A stretch of DNA of 64,000 nt from Heterodontus francisci (GCF_036365525.1 NC_090413.1:22875869-22939868), one strand, 5' to 3'; shown: positions 1 through 12,175, counted from the first letter of the stretch. The notes: generated from the letters alone by a model not told the origin. Numbers and translations: made by a program.

Positions 1-259
1 TTGCTGTAGGAAAATCATTACCGATGTTTATATTTTCATTTATATAGCACCCTATTACATCAAATACAATGAATTCATTTTGAAATGGAATGATTCTTTT
101 GATGCAGCCAATCCAGGACAGAAGCATGACGCAAACAGTTAAATTGAGTTTTGGTGACACTATCGAAAAAAAATATTGGCCTGAAGCCAGAAAATACCTG
201 ATTAAGGGCAGAAATGCACTATTCAAGGCTACCCTCTCTAAATTAAGAAAGGAAATGAA

Positions 260-698
260 GCTCTTGTATTTATATACCACCGTACATATTGTCAGAATGT
301 CCCAAGGCATTTCACAACCAATGCATCACTTTTGAAGAGTAGCCACTGTTACGTAGACAAACACAGCAGCCAATTTGCTCACAGAAAGGCCCCCAAAGAA
401 AGCAAATGAATCAATGACCAGTTTTTGGCAGTGTCGGCTGAGGGTGGAATGTTGGTCAGGATTCCAGGAGAACGCCCCTCCTCTTCTTCAAATAGTGCCA
501 TGAAATCTCTTACATCCGCTTAAGGCAGATGGGGCCTTGGCTTAATGTCTCACCCGAAAGACATTACATCAGGCAATGCACCACTGCCCTAGTGACAGTA
601 AAGTGCCAGGTTGCATAATGTGCTGAAGCAGGCACTGAGGTTTGAACCCACAATGTGACTCAGGTAGGTGCTAGTGCTGCCAACTAAGCTAAGGTGAT
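260..698 (-). mobile_element. Deu-domain SINE (further partial copies ~2685-2870, 8480-8850, 59030-59130, 63300-63810)
   Basis: CAGCAGCCAATTTGCTCACAG...CCTCTTCTTCAAATAGTGCCATG...TTTGAACCCACAA, matches the 11720 copy. Confidence 0.7.
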
Positions 699-1279
699 AC
701 TACAAAAGGCAAGAACACAGCACCACAATGCAACATAGAGACCACCCTTTATAAATTATTTGCTAGATTAGTGCTGGAATCTTTTTGGAGGAGGAGAAAG
801 GAAATAAAACGTTTTCAAATTGCATTTCTCCACCTCATTCCCTTAGTGGTACCAGACCTTGCTCTGTAGTCCCACCTCTTTTCACAGCATGTCAAAGCAA
901 CATCATTACAAAACTTAATGACTACCACAAGGTACGGTAGGCTTACGGTTACGGCAATGGATTAACAACCTAAGGCGTTGAGTTCAAATTCCATCATAGT
1001 GTGAAACGGAATTCAATAAACGCAGCAGTTTGCAGGGTGAATGATCATGCACGATGCTAAACAGTTGACTCTTAATGACCTCAGGGCAAGTAGGGATCAG
1101 CAACAAATGCTGCTTTTCTAATATCGCTCACGTAAATTTAAAAACACATACACGCTACGAAAATAAAGCTTGCTTAAAATTAATGGTTTACCTGCCAAAA
1201 ACTGTCAATTAAACTTTAACCAGATCCAATAAATACTCACTTTCAGCAAGAAGCTGGTCAGAAGTAGGCATTGATCAAA

Positions 1280-1487
1280 GATAGTCATCGTGTCATAATT
1301 TGGCCCATTGAGTCCATGCCAGCTCTCTGTAGAGCAATCCAATCAGTCCCATTCCCCTGCTCGAGCCCGTAGTCCTGTAAGTTTATTTCCCTCAAGAGCC
1401 CATTCAATTTCCTTTTAAAATCATTGATCGTCTCTGCTTCCACCACCCTCGGAGGCAGCGAGTTTCAGGTCATTACCACCCACTGCA
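1280..1487 (-). mobile_element. CR1 LINE 3' fragment
   Basis: Resembles the CR1 3' UTR/C-terminus seen at 8091 and 54530. Confidence 0.65.
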
Positions 1488-1750
1488 TACACCAAATCAC
1501 AGAAGCAAGTGACATCCATTCTTCTTCACTTATGTTAAGTTTTATACCTCCACTACCCATTCTGCAAATTTATGAGTAGAATTTCTTCACTTCAGTTCTT
1601 TTGTGGGTCATATATCTTGTCCTGCTGCCACAGTTTAACTTGATGTATGTCCACCTTTACTGCACCATTAACAATTTTATGTACCTCTAAGGTTAGGTTG
1701 TTGTAAACAATGCATTTTTCCTAAAGCGACTGAAAGATTTTCAACCTTAC

Positions 1751-1881
1751 CTGCAGTAGCTGTGGGTTTTCTCTGCCCAGCTGCTGAAGTAGGGCTGGTA
1801 ACATTGATGGGTTCTGCTGAAGTACTTGCCTCATGTTCTGGAACTGGGGCAGGTCTCGGAGGAATTCCAGAGGATTCTCAA
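1751..1881 (-). CDS. RAD23A: RAD23A exon 7 (XPC-binding/STI1 domain); remaining exons lie before position 1
   Basis: ttag|(V)[43 protein letters not shown]|gtaagg; 131 nt. Confidence 0.94.
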
Positions 1882-3442
1882 CTAAGTTCAGCGGAGGGAA
1901 GAAAGAGGATTTTAAAAAAGTTTTTAAGTCAGGCAGCATTTCCAGACAACCAGCCTGCTGGCCCACAGAATGGTGAATACGTTGTCTGCACCAAACTGCT
2001 AGGTTCCTGAACTCATGTCACTGTGGGGAGTTGCCAAGCACAGACTAAGTACGAGAGGGCAGGAAGGAAGAGAACAAAACACAATTAACCTCCTCTTGGT
2101 GGCTGCTTTCAATTGGCAGAGGCTTACAATCTGGTCAAGCACAATCTTGGGTGTTGATGGCACTTGGAGGAAATGAAGAAATAAAGAGATTGAATTCTTT
2201 CAATTGTCATATTAATATCCTCAAGAGTTCTTAATGGAAATTTTATTTTACTCCCATTCCACTCCAGCCCTGCAGTAAAGTTATAGATGAGGCACATTAG
2301 ATATTAGGGAAGGTGACCTGCTGCAGCAAGAAATGTTGCGATATTGTGGTACTGGGGCAACAAATTACATGGTTAATTCCGAAATGCACAGATGTCATAC
2401 CAAGCCAGTGACTATTTCCAATCACAATGAAGAACAGAGCGGGAATACTATCTGATCTTTGCTCCCCTGAACTCAAGGGGGTCAGAAGCCAATGGCTAAT
2501 TCACTACAAATGAGAGATTGCACCGAGCACCTGTTTGTCAGTATAGCTCAGTTCCATAGTGGGCAGTGCGTTTACCACAGGACCATTGCAAGAGGGGCAC
2601 CAAAAAATATTTTACAGTCAGAGCTGTTTTATTAAATCATCCTCTGTTGTATTTATAAAATCAAGAATAATGTTCACATAGGAAGCAATAACTTGCATTT
2701 ATACAGTGCCTTTCACGATCTCAGGACATCTAAAAGTACTTTATAGCCAATTACATACTCTCATTGTAGTCATTTTTGTAATATAAGGAAATGCAGCAGC
2801 CAATTTTCACACAAGGGTCCCACTAACAGCAATGAATCAAATTACCAAATACTATGCTTTAGTGATGTTTGCTTTGGTGCCCTTGAGTTAGGGAAGGGGA
2901 AAAGAAGCTAGAGTTCCCATTCCTGATCCCTATCCACCACTTGGGAACAGGAGCCGACTCAGCAGTGATGCTCCCTGAGGCCAAAGAGTCTCTTGATATT
3001 CACTGCTGAGGCACCAGCTCAGAATCAACACTATCACGGAAGAAAGGAACATCTGCAGCAAATAAACAAATCTCAGCTAAGATACAAGTGGAATTCGTCA
3101 GGGACTTTTCCAGGATTCCAGCATCAATTACTATCCAGTAAACCCTGCTAAAAGTACATTTCTGGATATCAGATTTAGCTAACAGCCCCTGCAGTCAAAT
3201 AGCCCATGACCCTCAACATCTCAACTCATGCTTAAATAATGATCATACTAAGGGTCCACATCAACTATGGCAACTTACCCCAGCACCCATGGCACTGTAC
3301 TCTAGCAGGCGACACAGCATCAAGAAAGGATGGGGGACAAAACTGGAAAAGTTAGAACAAAAAGTCCTGACAACTGCAGCAAACACCCACAAATATTTCA
3401 TTATATGTAACCAAGATAAACAAACAGAAACTCTGTCATTTA

Positions 3443-3540
3443 AAAACAAAAAATGCAGGAAAATACTCAGCATGTCAGGCAGCATTTGTGGAAAGAGAAA
3501 CAGAGTTAACGTTTCAGGTCGATAGTTTTTCATCAGAAGT
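3443..3540 (-). mobile_element. Penelope terminal-repeat fragment (further copies ~21335-21430, 27160-27265, 45280-45510, 45895-45990, 59160-59325)
   Basis: ATACTCAGCATGTCAGGCAGCATTTGTGGAAAGAGAAACAGAGTTAACGTTTCAGGTC...TCATCAGAA, same motif as the 21691 and 41291 elements. Confidence 0.72.
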
Positions 3541-3575
3541 TACTTGTAAGCAATACAGTGCAAAGTGTCCCTTAC

Positions 3576-3660
3576 CTAGTGGTTCTGGGTTAGTTACTTG
3601 ACCAGATTCAAGACTATCTTGGGACACTGCACTCTCTTGCACTGAACTATCAGGTATACC
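3576..3660 (-). CDS. RAD23A: RAD23A exon 6
   Basis: tttacag|GIPDSSVQESAVSQDSLESGQVTNPEPL-G|gtaagg; 85 nt, phase 0-1; GIP follows UBA1 as in other RAD23 proteins. Confidence 0.88.
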
Positions 3661-4167
3661 CTGTAAACAAAAAAAAGAGAGGTTCAATGCAGCTCTGCCA
3701 GCAAGATCAAAAAAACTAATTTTACAACAGTATGATCTGGCATAAATGCTGCATTTTCCATCATTCCCTCTCCTACCTTCAGTTATTTCACTACACTAGC
3801 CCACATACCATTGCTAAAATGTCTGTACAAAAATACTGGCTATTGTTTAATAAAAAGCACTGCAAATGCAGGAAGAACTGCATACACTCTCGCATTATCA
3901 AGCAAAACATTACAGCTTAGACAAGGTCAATATAACACACACCCAAAGAGAAATCGCTTGGAGGTGGTATTTTGCATTTCATCATGTCTCTTACTCAGTG
4001 CCTTGTTTGCATGGACTAACTGTGCACATCTTTTTTCAGAAGATGGCATTTTAACTAACATCTTTTGCTCAGGGCAATGCCTCCTTATTACTTTGCCAGG
4101 AACAGTCAGATAAACTTGCAGCAAATGCTGTAAGCAGTGCCCATCCCCATCCACACACACACCTTAC

Positions 4168-4295
4168 CATCAGCAGGTACTCCACAGCTCTGTGCGGGTT
4201 ATTGAAGCTTGCCCTTAATGCTGCTACCACCTGCTCACGCTCATAACCCATCGATATGATTTCTGACAGCATGGTCTCATAAGCCATGTTCCTTG
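4168..4295 (-). CDS. RAD23A: RAD23A exon 5 (UBA1 domain)
   Basis: tccag|..[38 protein letters not shown]|gtaagg; 128 nt, phase 1-0. Confidence 0.95.
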
Positions 4296-4898
4296 CTGGA
4301 AAGAAGCAATAAAGCTACTAAATGCATTATAACATAAATACACTCGTGTGGAGTACTGATAATCACTTGCAAAATTACATCCTTCCATAGGGTCATCAAC
4401 ATCCACTATTAACAAAGGGCAACACAGCAATCAATGTTCAACGTGACACTTGTCAACTTCAGATTACAGATATAATAAACACATGCACTAGCAGAACTTC
4501 CATGGCGTTGCTCATGGTCCCCAAGTAAGAATAGAGGTGATACCAAACAGAGAGTGAGTTATCGAAAGTAGCTGCAACAGGAAGTGCAAACTATGGCACA
4601 GGACTTTTAATAGATTAGACATCTTATAAATAACTTGATACACAATTTATTGCCTGGCACTAAGATCAAACAGTGGTGAATATATACAGTTCCCTCATTA
4701 AAGTCCATGATTGTAGAATCCTACCATCTCTGTCCACCACTGGTTTACATTTACTCCGACTGTGGAGGATTTGGTACTAGCAAATCATAAGTTGTCAATA
4801 TAGTTTTTAATAATAGATATTTGTAGACTTAACTTTTTTTATTGGTCCTATCCTTCATGTTTATTTAAAAATAAAAGGAAAATTATGGATTTACTGAC

Positions 4899-5056
4899 CT
4901 GGTGTAGTGTTAGCACCATCATGGGGCAAGTCCTCAGGCGTGTCACTCTGCACACCTGGTTCTGAGATTAAATCAATCATTGATACTTGTTCAGGGTGCA
5001 GATCACTGACTGACAATGGGGAAGAGAGTATGTCACTCCCTGAAGAGGGCATTGAA
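4899..5056 (-). CDS. RAD23A: RAD23A exon 4 (linker, longer than in mammals)
   Basis: acag|...SMPSSGSDILSSPLSVSDLHPEQVSMIDLISEPGVQSDTPEDLPHDGANTTP-G|gtcagt; 158 nt, open, phase 2-1 bridges exons 3 and 5 exactly. Confidence 0.72.
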
Positions 5057-5194
5057 CTGTGAATACAAATTTAAGGAGGCATTTTTAACCAATAAATTAG
5101 TTACATGACATCATTCTGAAGCCTCCATGGCACTGGTACACGCTTACTTCAGATTCTAATGGCTACTAGTTGGCTCCCTCCATTGGCACCACCT

Positions 5195-5557
5195 TCAACA
5201 ATCACTCTCCCCACCACCGACGCACAGTGGCAGAAGTGTGTACAATTTGCAAGATGCACTGCAGCAACTCACCAAGGCTCCTTTGACAGCACCTTCCAAA
5301 CCCTCAACCTCTACCAACTAGAAGGACAAGGGTAGCAGATACATGGGAACACCACCATCTGCAAGTTCCCCTGCAAACCACACACCAGCCTGACTTGGAA
5401 CTATATTGCTGTTCCTTCACTATCACTGGGTCAAAATCCTGGAACTCCCTTCATCCCAAGGACTGCAGCTCACCACCACCTTCTTGAGGGCAATCAGGGA
5501 TGGGCAATAAACGCTGGCCTGGCCAGCGACACCCACATCCCATGAATGAATTTAAAA
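5195..5557 (+). mobile_element. LINE 3' end (CR1/L2 superclade, family not assigned); copies ~19270-19355, 29425-29640, 43380-43790, 49915-50105, 59560-59930, 62130-62240
   Basis: SL(P/H)H(R/Q)xTVAxVCTI(C/Y)KMH-type RT C-terminus and the shared 3' end GGGATGGGCAATAAAxGCTGGCC...CCCACATCCCATGAATGAA. Confidence 0.75.
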
Positions 5558-6213
5558 ACATTAAAAATCTGGCTCCCTTATCCTGATGGCAGAATCGCAG
5601 AGCCAGGTATTTGTGGGTTTACAATTTGGATGCTGGGATAAGGGAGCTCTCCCTCTTATTCCCTCCTCTTCTAAAGGCATTCACTGACGCTGGCCAGAGT
5701 TTCACAGTTGCTGGTTGCCTCCAGTTCCTCACCCAGTAGGCCATTCCTTACATTCAAGCCTAGACTGTGAGCATCAAAATGCTATTCTTCCTTGGAAGGC
5801 ATCACAGCTCAAGTTAATTTTATCCTTATTTGGCACTTTCTGGCAGTGGTTGTAGAATGGTGATCAGGAACTAGAAGCTTAGCTTACTTTATTGTTCACC
5901 TTCCTAGTCTAGGGCACTGAGAGTCCCCACTGCTACCAGTCTGAGATCAACTAAGGTGGCACAGCTGCAAACTTAACCGAGCAGCCTCCTAGTCTGCATG
6001 GTTCAGCAATGTATCAAGGAGTGAACTTCCCCACTGAGCAAGAAGGGGAGCTTCCCCGGAGACACTTAACAGCATAGCCACAAGTGCCCTTTCATCTTTC
6101 ATCAAGCCAAAGAGTCTTTTCTACGCCTTGGAAAAAACACATCACAGCACATTTGCTTTCTCCTCACAGGAAGCTGAGAGCCACTGGTTTGATCATGTGT
6201 TATCATCTTGTAC

Positions 6214-6353
6214 CTGGATATTGAAACAGAGCTGGTAATTGTCTGGATCTGGCTTCCATCATCCGCATTCTGCTTCTCTTCTTCTAGCTGTGACTGTGTG
6301 GCTGATGGCCCAACTGTAGATACAGATCCTGTTTCTGTGGAGGTGCCTTTAGG
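6214..6353 (-). CDS. RAD23A: RAD23A exon 3 (Ser/Thr-rich linker)
   Basis: tctgcag|PKGTSTETGSV...SSVSIS-AG|gtacaa; 140 nt, phase 0-2, as expected for RAD23 exon 3. Confidence 0.82.
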
Positions 6354-7134
6354 CTGCAGATTTTTTTTTAAAAGAAAAAGGTACATTCTTAACTCAGTCA
6401 CTGAGTTAATTAACAAATAGACATCCTGTTATAAAGTACAAAGAATACATCATTCCCCTATAACATAAAGTGAAATGAGATGGTGGGATGACTTCTGTGC
6501 TGTATTGACTCTATGTGTCCATGATGAGACGTGAATGAAAATTGGAGGAAAAATAAACAAAATGCAAATCCTAGTAAGAGATAAAACTCTCAGTCCCCAC
6601 TCTCAAACTCCATCTATCTGCATATATACAATACAAAGAAGACAGATTAGAGTGGGTTTCAAAGCAGTGACACATCAGAGGGTGAGAACACAGTGGGAAA
6701 CAGCACAAACTGCAAATGTTTACAGCAACATCTCAATTACTTTATGCGTTACAGATATTCAAACATCACCCAAACTAGAATACAAATGCAAACATCTTGT
6801 ATAGGGAGCCATTATGGGGTGAGGTGGGAAAATGATGATACATCTTTCATTGAGTGGTTCTGGGAATAACCGATGACTAGGAGGGTTGGGGGGTAACTAG
6901 CCAGGACACGAGCACAACCTCCCCTCCGTGGTCTCTTTATTGCCCAGATGAAGAAGTGGATGTCAACTCATTTTAAATAGCTCATATGAAAGGCAATGCC
7001 ACCATCCATGTAATGAATCCTTGAAAGTGGAAGATAATTGTGCAACAGCTCAACACCCCAGGAAATGTTGTAACCCATAAATCATCAGTACAGAAAAAGG
7101 GCTCCACTGCTAGAAACTCAAAAATATTGCACAC

Positions 7135-7293
7135 CTTTGTTACCATAACAACAACAAAATTCTTCTCATCGATCTTGTACTCCTTGAGCTGGACATCATT
7201 GTTTAGGATTTTTCCAGCATATATGAGTTTCTGACCAGCAACAGGGAAACCAGTACCCTTCTCTGCTTCAATACATTCTTTCAGTGCTTGCAC
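7135..7293 (-). CDS. RAD23A: RAD23A exon 2 (UBL domain)
   Basis: cag|[13 protein letters not shown]...[10 protein letters not shown]...[12 protein letters not shown]|gt; 159 nt, phase 0-0. Confidence 0.95.
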
Positions 7294-7312
7294 CTGTCAA
7301 ATAAAATTTTGT

Positions 7313-7384
7313 AAAGACAGTAATAACCAGTCAGACACTGACAACGTAAAAGACAGTAATAACCAGTCAGACACTGACAACGTA
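7313..7384. repeat. Perfect 36-bp tandem duplication next to the RAD23A exon 2 acceptor
   Basis: AAAGACAGTAATAACCAGTCAGACACTGACAACGTA x2 (7313-7348, 7349-7384). Confidence 0.95.
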
Positions 7385-8090
7385 TCATTGAGAATAATGA
7401 GAAGAGTGACCCTTCCAATCAAGAGCTCAACCTAAAAGTTTAACACCATAAACTTTGCAATTAACACCTCCTGACTGTCCACTTGATAATCTTTTTCATT
7501 TAAAAGATACACTTTTAGCAGTTTCCTTCTAATTTTCAGGTTTTAAGCACCGTGTAATGTTCTACAGAGCCAGACAGGTCAAATATTCCCAGCTTCAACT
7601 CCTGGTCTCTACCGAGTTAGCTAACACCAGTTCAGGAAATAATTTGAGAGCTCTACAAATGGCCTCCATGCCCATGGGCTGGGAAGCAAAACACCTAGGC
7701 CAGGGTTTCTAGTGCTGACTGCTAGCTCATGGGCAAGTAGAACAGGGTTGCTCATGTCACTGAAACCATAGCACAACAGGAATCAGTGGCTTCCAGAGAG
7801 TAAAGTGAAAAATACAGTTGGCCAAAATTTGTAGTATCTATATTACAAATAATCTAAAATATAATTTCAATTACATTATTGTTGGTGCCATCAGGGAGTT
7901 CAAATTGTACTATTGGCTAGTCTATAAACAGTAATTTAGAGAATACATTTTTAAACACTGCTGGCATATATTGTTAACACTGTTCAAGGTGACAACGCAC
8001 CTATTAACATTCAATATATTAGAACTAATGATACATGCAAGATATGAATTCTCCTGCACATCAATGAAAAACACAGGTAGAAAGGATAGA

Positions 8091-8452
8091 ACCATAGACA
8101 AATTACGGCACAGAAGGCGGCCATTCAGCCTGTTGTGCCGGTTACAGCACCTCAGGTGCATGTCCAGGTACCTTTTAAAAGAATTGAGGGTTTCTGCCTC
8201 TGGCAGCGAATTCCAGACACCCACCACCCTCTGAGTGAAAAAGTTTTTCCTCATGTCCCCTCTAATCCTTCTACCAATCACCTTAAACCTGTGCCCCTTG
8301 GTAATTGACCTCTCCGCTAGGGGAAACTGGTCCTTCCTATCTCCTCTATCTAGGCCCCTCATAATTTTGTACACCTCAATTAAGCCACCCCTCAGTCTCC
8401 TCTGTACTAAGGAAAACAACCCTAGCCTATCCAATCTTTCCTCATAGCTGCA
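8091..8452 (-). mobile_element. CR1 LINE 3' fragment
   Basis: SYEERLDRLGLFSLVQRRLRGGLIEVYKIM...FFTQRVVGVWNSLP. Confidence 0.9.
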
Positions 8453-10704
8453 AAACCACATCCTACCGCAAAGTATTAATACTCCCAAAGATTACAGGCA
8501 ATGTATTACTTCTGAAGTGTATTCACTGTTAAGTAGAAAATCGTGGCAGTCAATTTATGCACAGCAAGATTCCACAAACATCAAAGGTGGATGAGTCGTT
8601 AATCGCCAAAGGATAAATGCTGGCCAAATCGCTGGGTAAATCCGAGTCTTGCTTGAAAAATTGTCAAGGATCTTTTATATCCACCTGAACAGGCAGACAG
8701 GGCCTGAATTTAATGCTTCATGCGACTGCAGTTCTCCGGAGCAACGCAGCACTCAGTATCACAACCAAGTGTCAACCTAGATTATGTGGTCAAGTGGAGC
8801 TTGAGCCCACAATGTTCTGACTCTGAGGCCAGAGTGCAAATGCTGAGTCACACTAATGGCAGCAGTGGCACCAAAACACTTAAACAACTGTTGTTATGCG
8901 ATAAAGGTTACTACTCCAATAAAATATATTCTATACAGAGGGGGACGAGGTGTTGCCATGGATCAATTCTTCTGCAGATTTATCCTAATTATTCCTATTT
9001 AAGTACATATTTCTGCAGATTATTGGTTATTGTTAATGACCAAACATTAACTTTTATGGTTATGAACAGCTGCCCTTACAGCAGACAATGGTATTAATAT
9101 TCCTAAAGATTAATAATCTACAGCACACAAGCTGGAATCAATTTTCCAGCAATTTATTACTGACCCTAAAGCAGACATCAGACATTAATCCTTCCAAATT
9201 GCTGACTATAAGATACTTCCAGGTTTTGATACAACAAAGACTAGTAGTTATCACTTCCGGTATTACTTGGCAGTAAAGGGAGCAAGGAGTTGAACAATTC
9301 TCAGAGCTGGATGCAGACCAGACAGTTGAGAAGAAGATCTCTGCTGTCTGAAGTCCTGTATGAAATAAAAATAGGTTCTATGAATTTGGGTCATAATGGT
9401 ACTAAATTGGCAATCTCACTTGACAGGCTTGTACAAAAATTGAAAAAATGTCACAGTTGATGCAGAAAGTGGCATTCTTTTGAGGTTGGGCAGAGTTGAG
9501 GCTGATTTATTCTGCATCTAATCATTATGTACCGGACTGAAATGTGTTTGATGCTAACACCAAGAAAAGTGTTCCACTCCCCAACACTGTTTATCGTCAG
9601 CTTTTTCTTTTGCCTGGCCTGATGGGTGCAGAACCCCATCACCATTGCTTAAGAGCCTCCAAACAAAACTGCTGCAAAATGAACATAAGTAGAGTGTCTA
9701 TTAGACCCATATGAAGTGCACTGGGATAAACCCCATTTATCTATGCTCAAAAATTTTAGGACAAAAGGTCAGCAAGGGCTATTTAAAAGTGTGCATATGG
9801 GCAGTCCTGCAGTTTATCCAAGTAAATCAGCAGCACTGGGCACTAGTAAACGTCCCACAGCCCAGCTAGGACACTGTCCATTAAGATATTACTTTGCAAA
9901 GTGGTAAGTGGTAAGCCCCCAGTCAGGCACTGTCCTATCCAGGTTCCATTAATCCTCATACTGAAGAATCTTCAAAGCAAGTCACAGTCTACTCCTCTTA
10001 AATTTAGATAATTTGAATTTTTAGTACCAAATAAAACTTCATGTCATCAATAGAAATCCACCCTAGTAGAATTTTCGTTAATCTAATAGGGTGTGCACAC
10101 TTAAGACACCTCCCACTCACCTAAACTCAGATTAGCAACCAAGTTTTAGACTTCTAGGTATTCACAAAGGGACTTCTGGAATTTATCCAGCTAAAACCAG
10201 GATGCGCATAATAGAAAACTGGTAATTTTTGAGCTAAGACCATACCGCTTGTTAAGTGCGGGCAGGGCTACTCCACAAACCCAATTTTTCACCATAACAA
10301 AAGGACGCCACTCAATTGAGGCTTGACTGCATGTTAGAAACACCCATTCACTAAGTGCAGAGGCTGTCACTCCTCAGCTTGACAAGCGCTGGGCAACCAC
10401 ATAGATAAATTAACAGTAGATCCTGCTAGAGTAATCCGAAACTAATCTCTTCCACAATCCTATATCTTCCTCTACTACAATTCTCCCTGAGAATACAATG
10501 GTCTCTGCATCATCTATTCCTGTGATGAAGCATTCTACTCTTCAGCAATTCTCAGGGCAAAGAAATTTCTCCTAATCTCTCTCAAAACCGTTTGAAATTG
10601 ATAAGTCCTCATTGCTGTCTCCCCAAACTGAGAAAAAAAGGTAATTTCCCATCAAAAATATATCCTTTTAAAGGCTTCTGCCCCAATCGAAACAGTCTCA
10701 GGTT

Positions 10705-11160
10705 TCCCTTGGTAAGGTCGACTCGCCTGCAAGTCAGAAGGATGTGGATTCGAATCACACTCCAGAGACTCCAGTACAAAATCTAGGCTGAGATTCCAAT
10801 GCTACACAGTTGGAAGCACCATCTCTCGGATGAGACGTTAAATCGGGGCCCGCGTCTGTTATCTCATGAAAAAAAAACCACTGCCACTATTTTGAAGAGA
10901 AAGGAGAATTGTCCCAAGTGTCATGGGGTGGGGGTATCATCCATCCCTCAAAAAAAAAAATGATCCGGTCATTATCACATTGCTGTTGGTGGGATCTTGC
11001 TGTGCGCGATGGGAAATCACGTTTCCTACATTTCAACAGTGGCAACACTTCATTTTGTTTAATATAAGCTACTCCATTGGCTATAAAGGGACGTCCTGAG
11101 GCCAGGAAAGGGGGGGGGGGGAGCGAAGAGGCGCTATACAAATACAATTTTCTTTTTCTA
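10705..11160 (+). mobile_element. Deu-domain SINE (SacSINE1-like)
   Basis: tRNA-like head, GGTCATTATCACATTGCTGTTGGTGGGATCTTGCTGTGCG core, GCGCTATACAAATACAA tail. Confidence 0.72.
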
Positions 11161-11286
11161 ACTGCAGCTTCCCTCACCACCCCCAGGGGCCTGTGACTTC
11201 TAAAGTCCTGGAGCCAGCAGCTGGTGCCGAGCCAGTCCCTTATCCCCTCTTCCCCCGGCGGGCGGGGATGGGGAGGAGGAACTCAC

Positions 11287-11352
11287 CGTTAGCTCGGAGT
11301 CGATCTCGATTTTGAACGTCTGCTGCTGCAGCGTTTTCACGGTGATGAGCAT
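11287..11352 (-). CDS. RAD23A: UV excision repair protein RAD23 homolog A, exon 1 (start of UBL domain)
   Basis: ATG at 11352; MLITVKTLQQQTFKIEIDSELT then GTGAGT donor; 66 nt; CpG-rich context; A paralog assigned from synteny with CALR/FARSA and the [10 protein letters not shown] and ENPLEFLRD motifs. Confidence 0.93.
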
Positions 11353-11473
11353 GGTGATGGGGGTCGCCGTCTCTCTATCCCACCCCTCCCGGGGGCAATC
11401 CCTCGCCGCCGGCTAATCCCGCTGCCCTGTGGAATTTGCTGGAAATTTCCACCAGGCCGGACAGCCTCAGACC

Positions 11474-11563
11474 GCCGCCATCTTGACGCCAGAGCCGCGT
11501 CACGTGACACGAAGCGTCACCGCCGCGCCACGTGACACCTGCCCCCTTCGGGTGGTCACGTGG
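11474..11563 (-). promoter_or_regulatory. RAD23A CpG-island promoter: YY1 motif and three CACGTG E-boxes
   Basis: CAAGATGGCGGC (minus, 11474-11485); GTCACGTGAC 11499-11508; CCACGTGAC 11528-11536; GTCACGTGG 11555-11563. Confidence 0.7.
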
Positions 11564-11719
11564 TGTGTGTGCCCTACCCTCCAGGCCTTGGCAGCTTTTT
11601 CTAAGTGAATAGTCGCTGCTCCCTCACCAAACTGATGTACTTTTGTACAAATCTTTCATTTTTCCAGGCCTCACTATCTTTCCAATTGACTTATTTATAC
11701 TTTAAAAATGTACAACCAT

Positions 11720-12175
11720 AAAAGAAAGACTTGCATTTATATAGCGCTTTTCACCTCAGGGCATCCCAAAGTGCTTCACAACCAACGACGTACTTTTGTC
11801 ACTGCTGTGATGTAGGAAATGCGGCGGCTAATTTGTGCACAGCAAGCTCCCGCACATAGCATTGTGATAATGACCCGATAATCTGTTTTTGTGATGTTAA
11901 TTGAGGGAAAAATATTGGCCAGGGCACCAGGGTTAACGCCCCTGCTCTTCTTCGAAGTAGTGCCATGGAATCTTTCACATCCACCCCAGCCAGCAGAGGG
12001 GTCCCAGTTTAACACCTTATCTGAGAGATGATACCTCCAACAATGCAGCATTTCCTCTGTACCGCACTGGAGCATCAGTGTGGACTTTTGTGCTCAAGGC
12101 TGTGGAGCAGAACTTAACCCCACAAACTTCTAACGCAGAGGCAATAGGGCCATCCACTGAGGCACAGCTGATACC
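11720..12175 (-). mobile_element. Deu-domain SINE (SacSINE1/AmnSINE1-like)
   Basis: GACTTGCATTTATATAGCGC...GTAGGAAATGCGGCGGCTAATTTGTGCACAGCAAGCTCCC; recurs many times in the window. Confidence 0.75.

Noticed and set aside
1-1750. RAD23A exons 8-9
   Set aside because: No QISxHQExFIQMLNE-like or UBA2-coding sequence found; they must lie outside the window.
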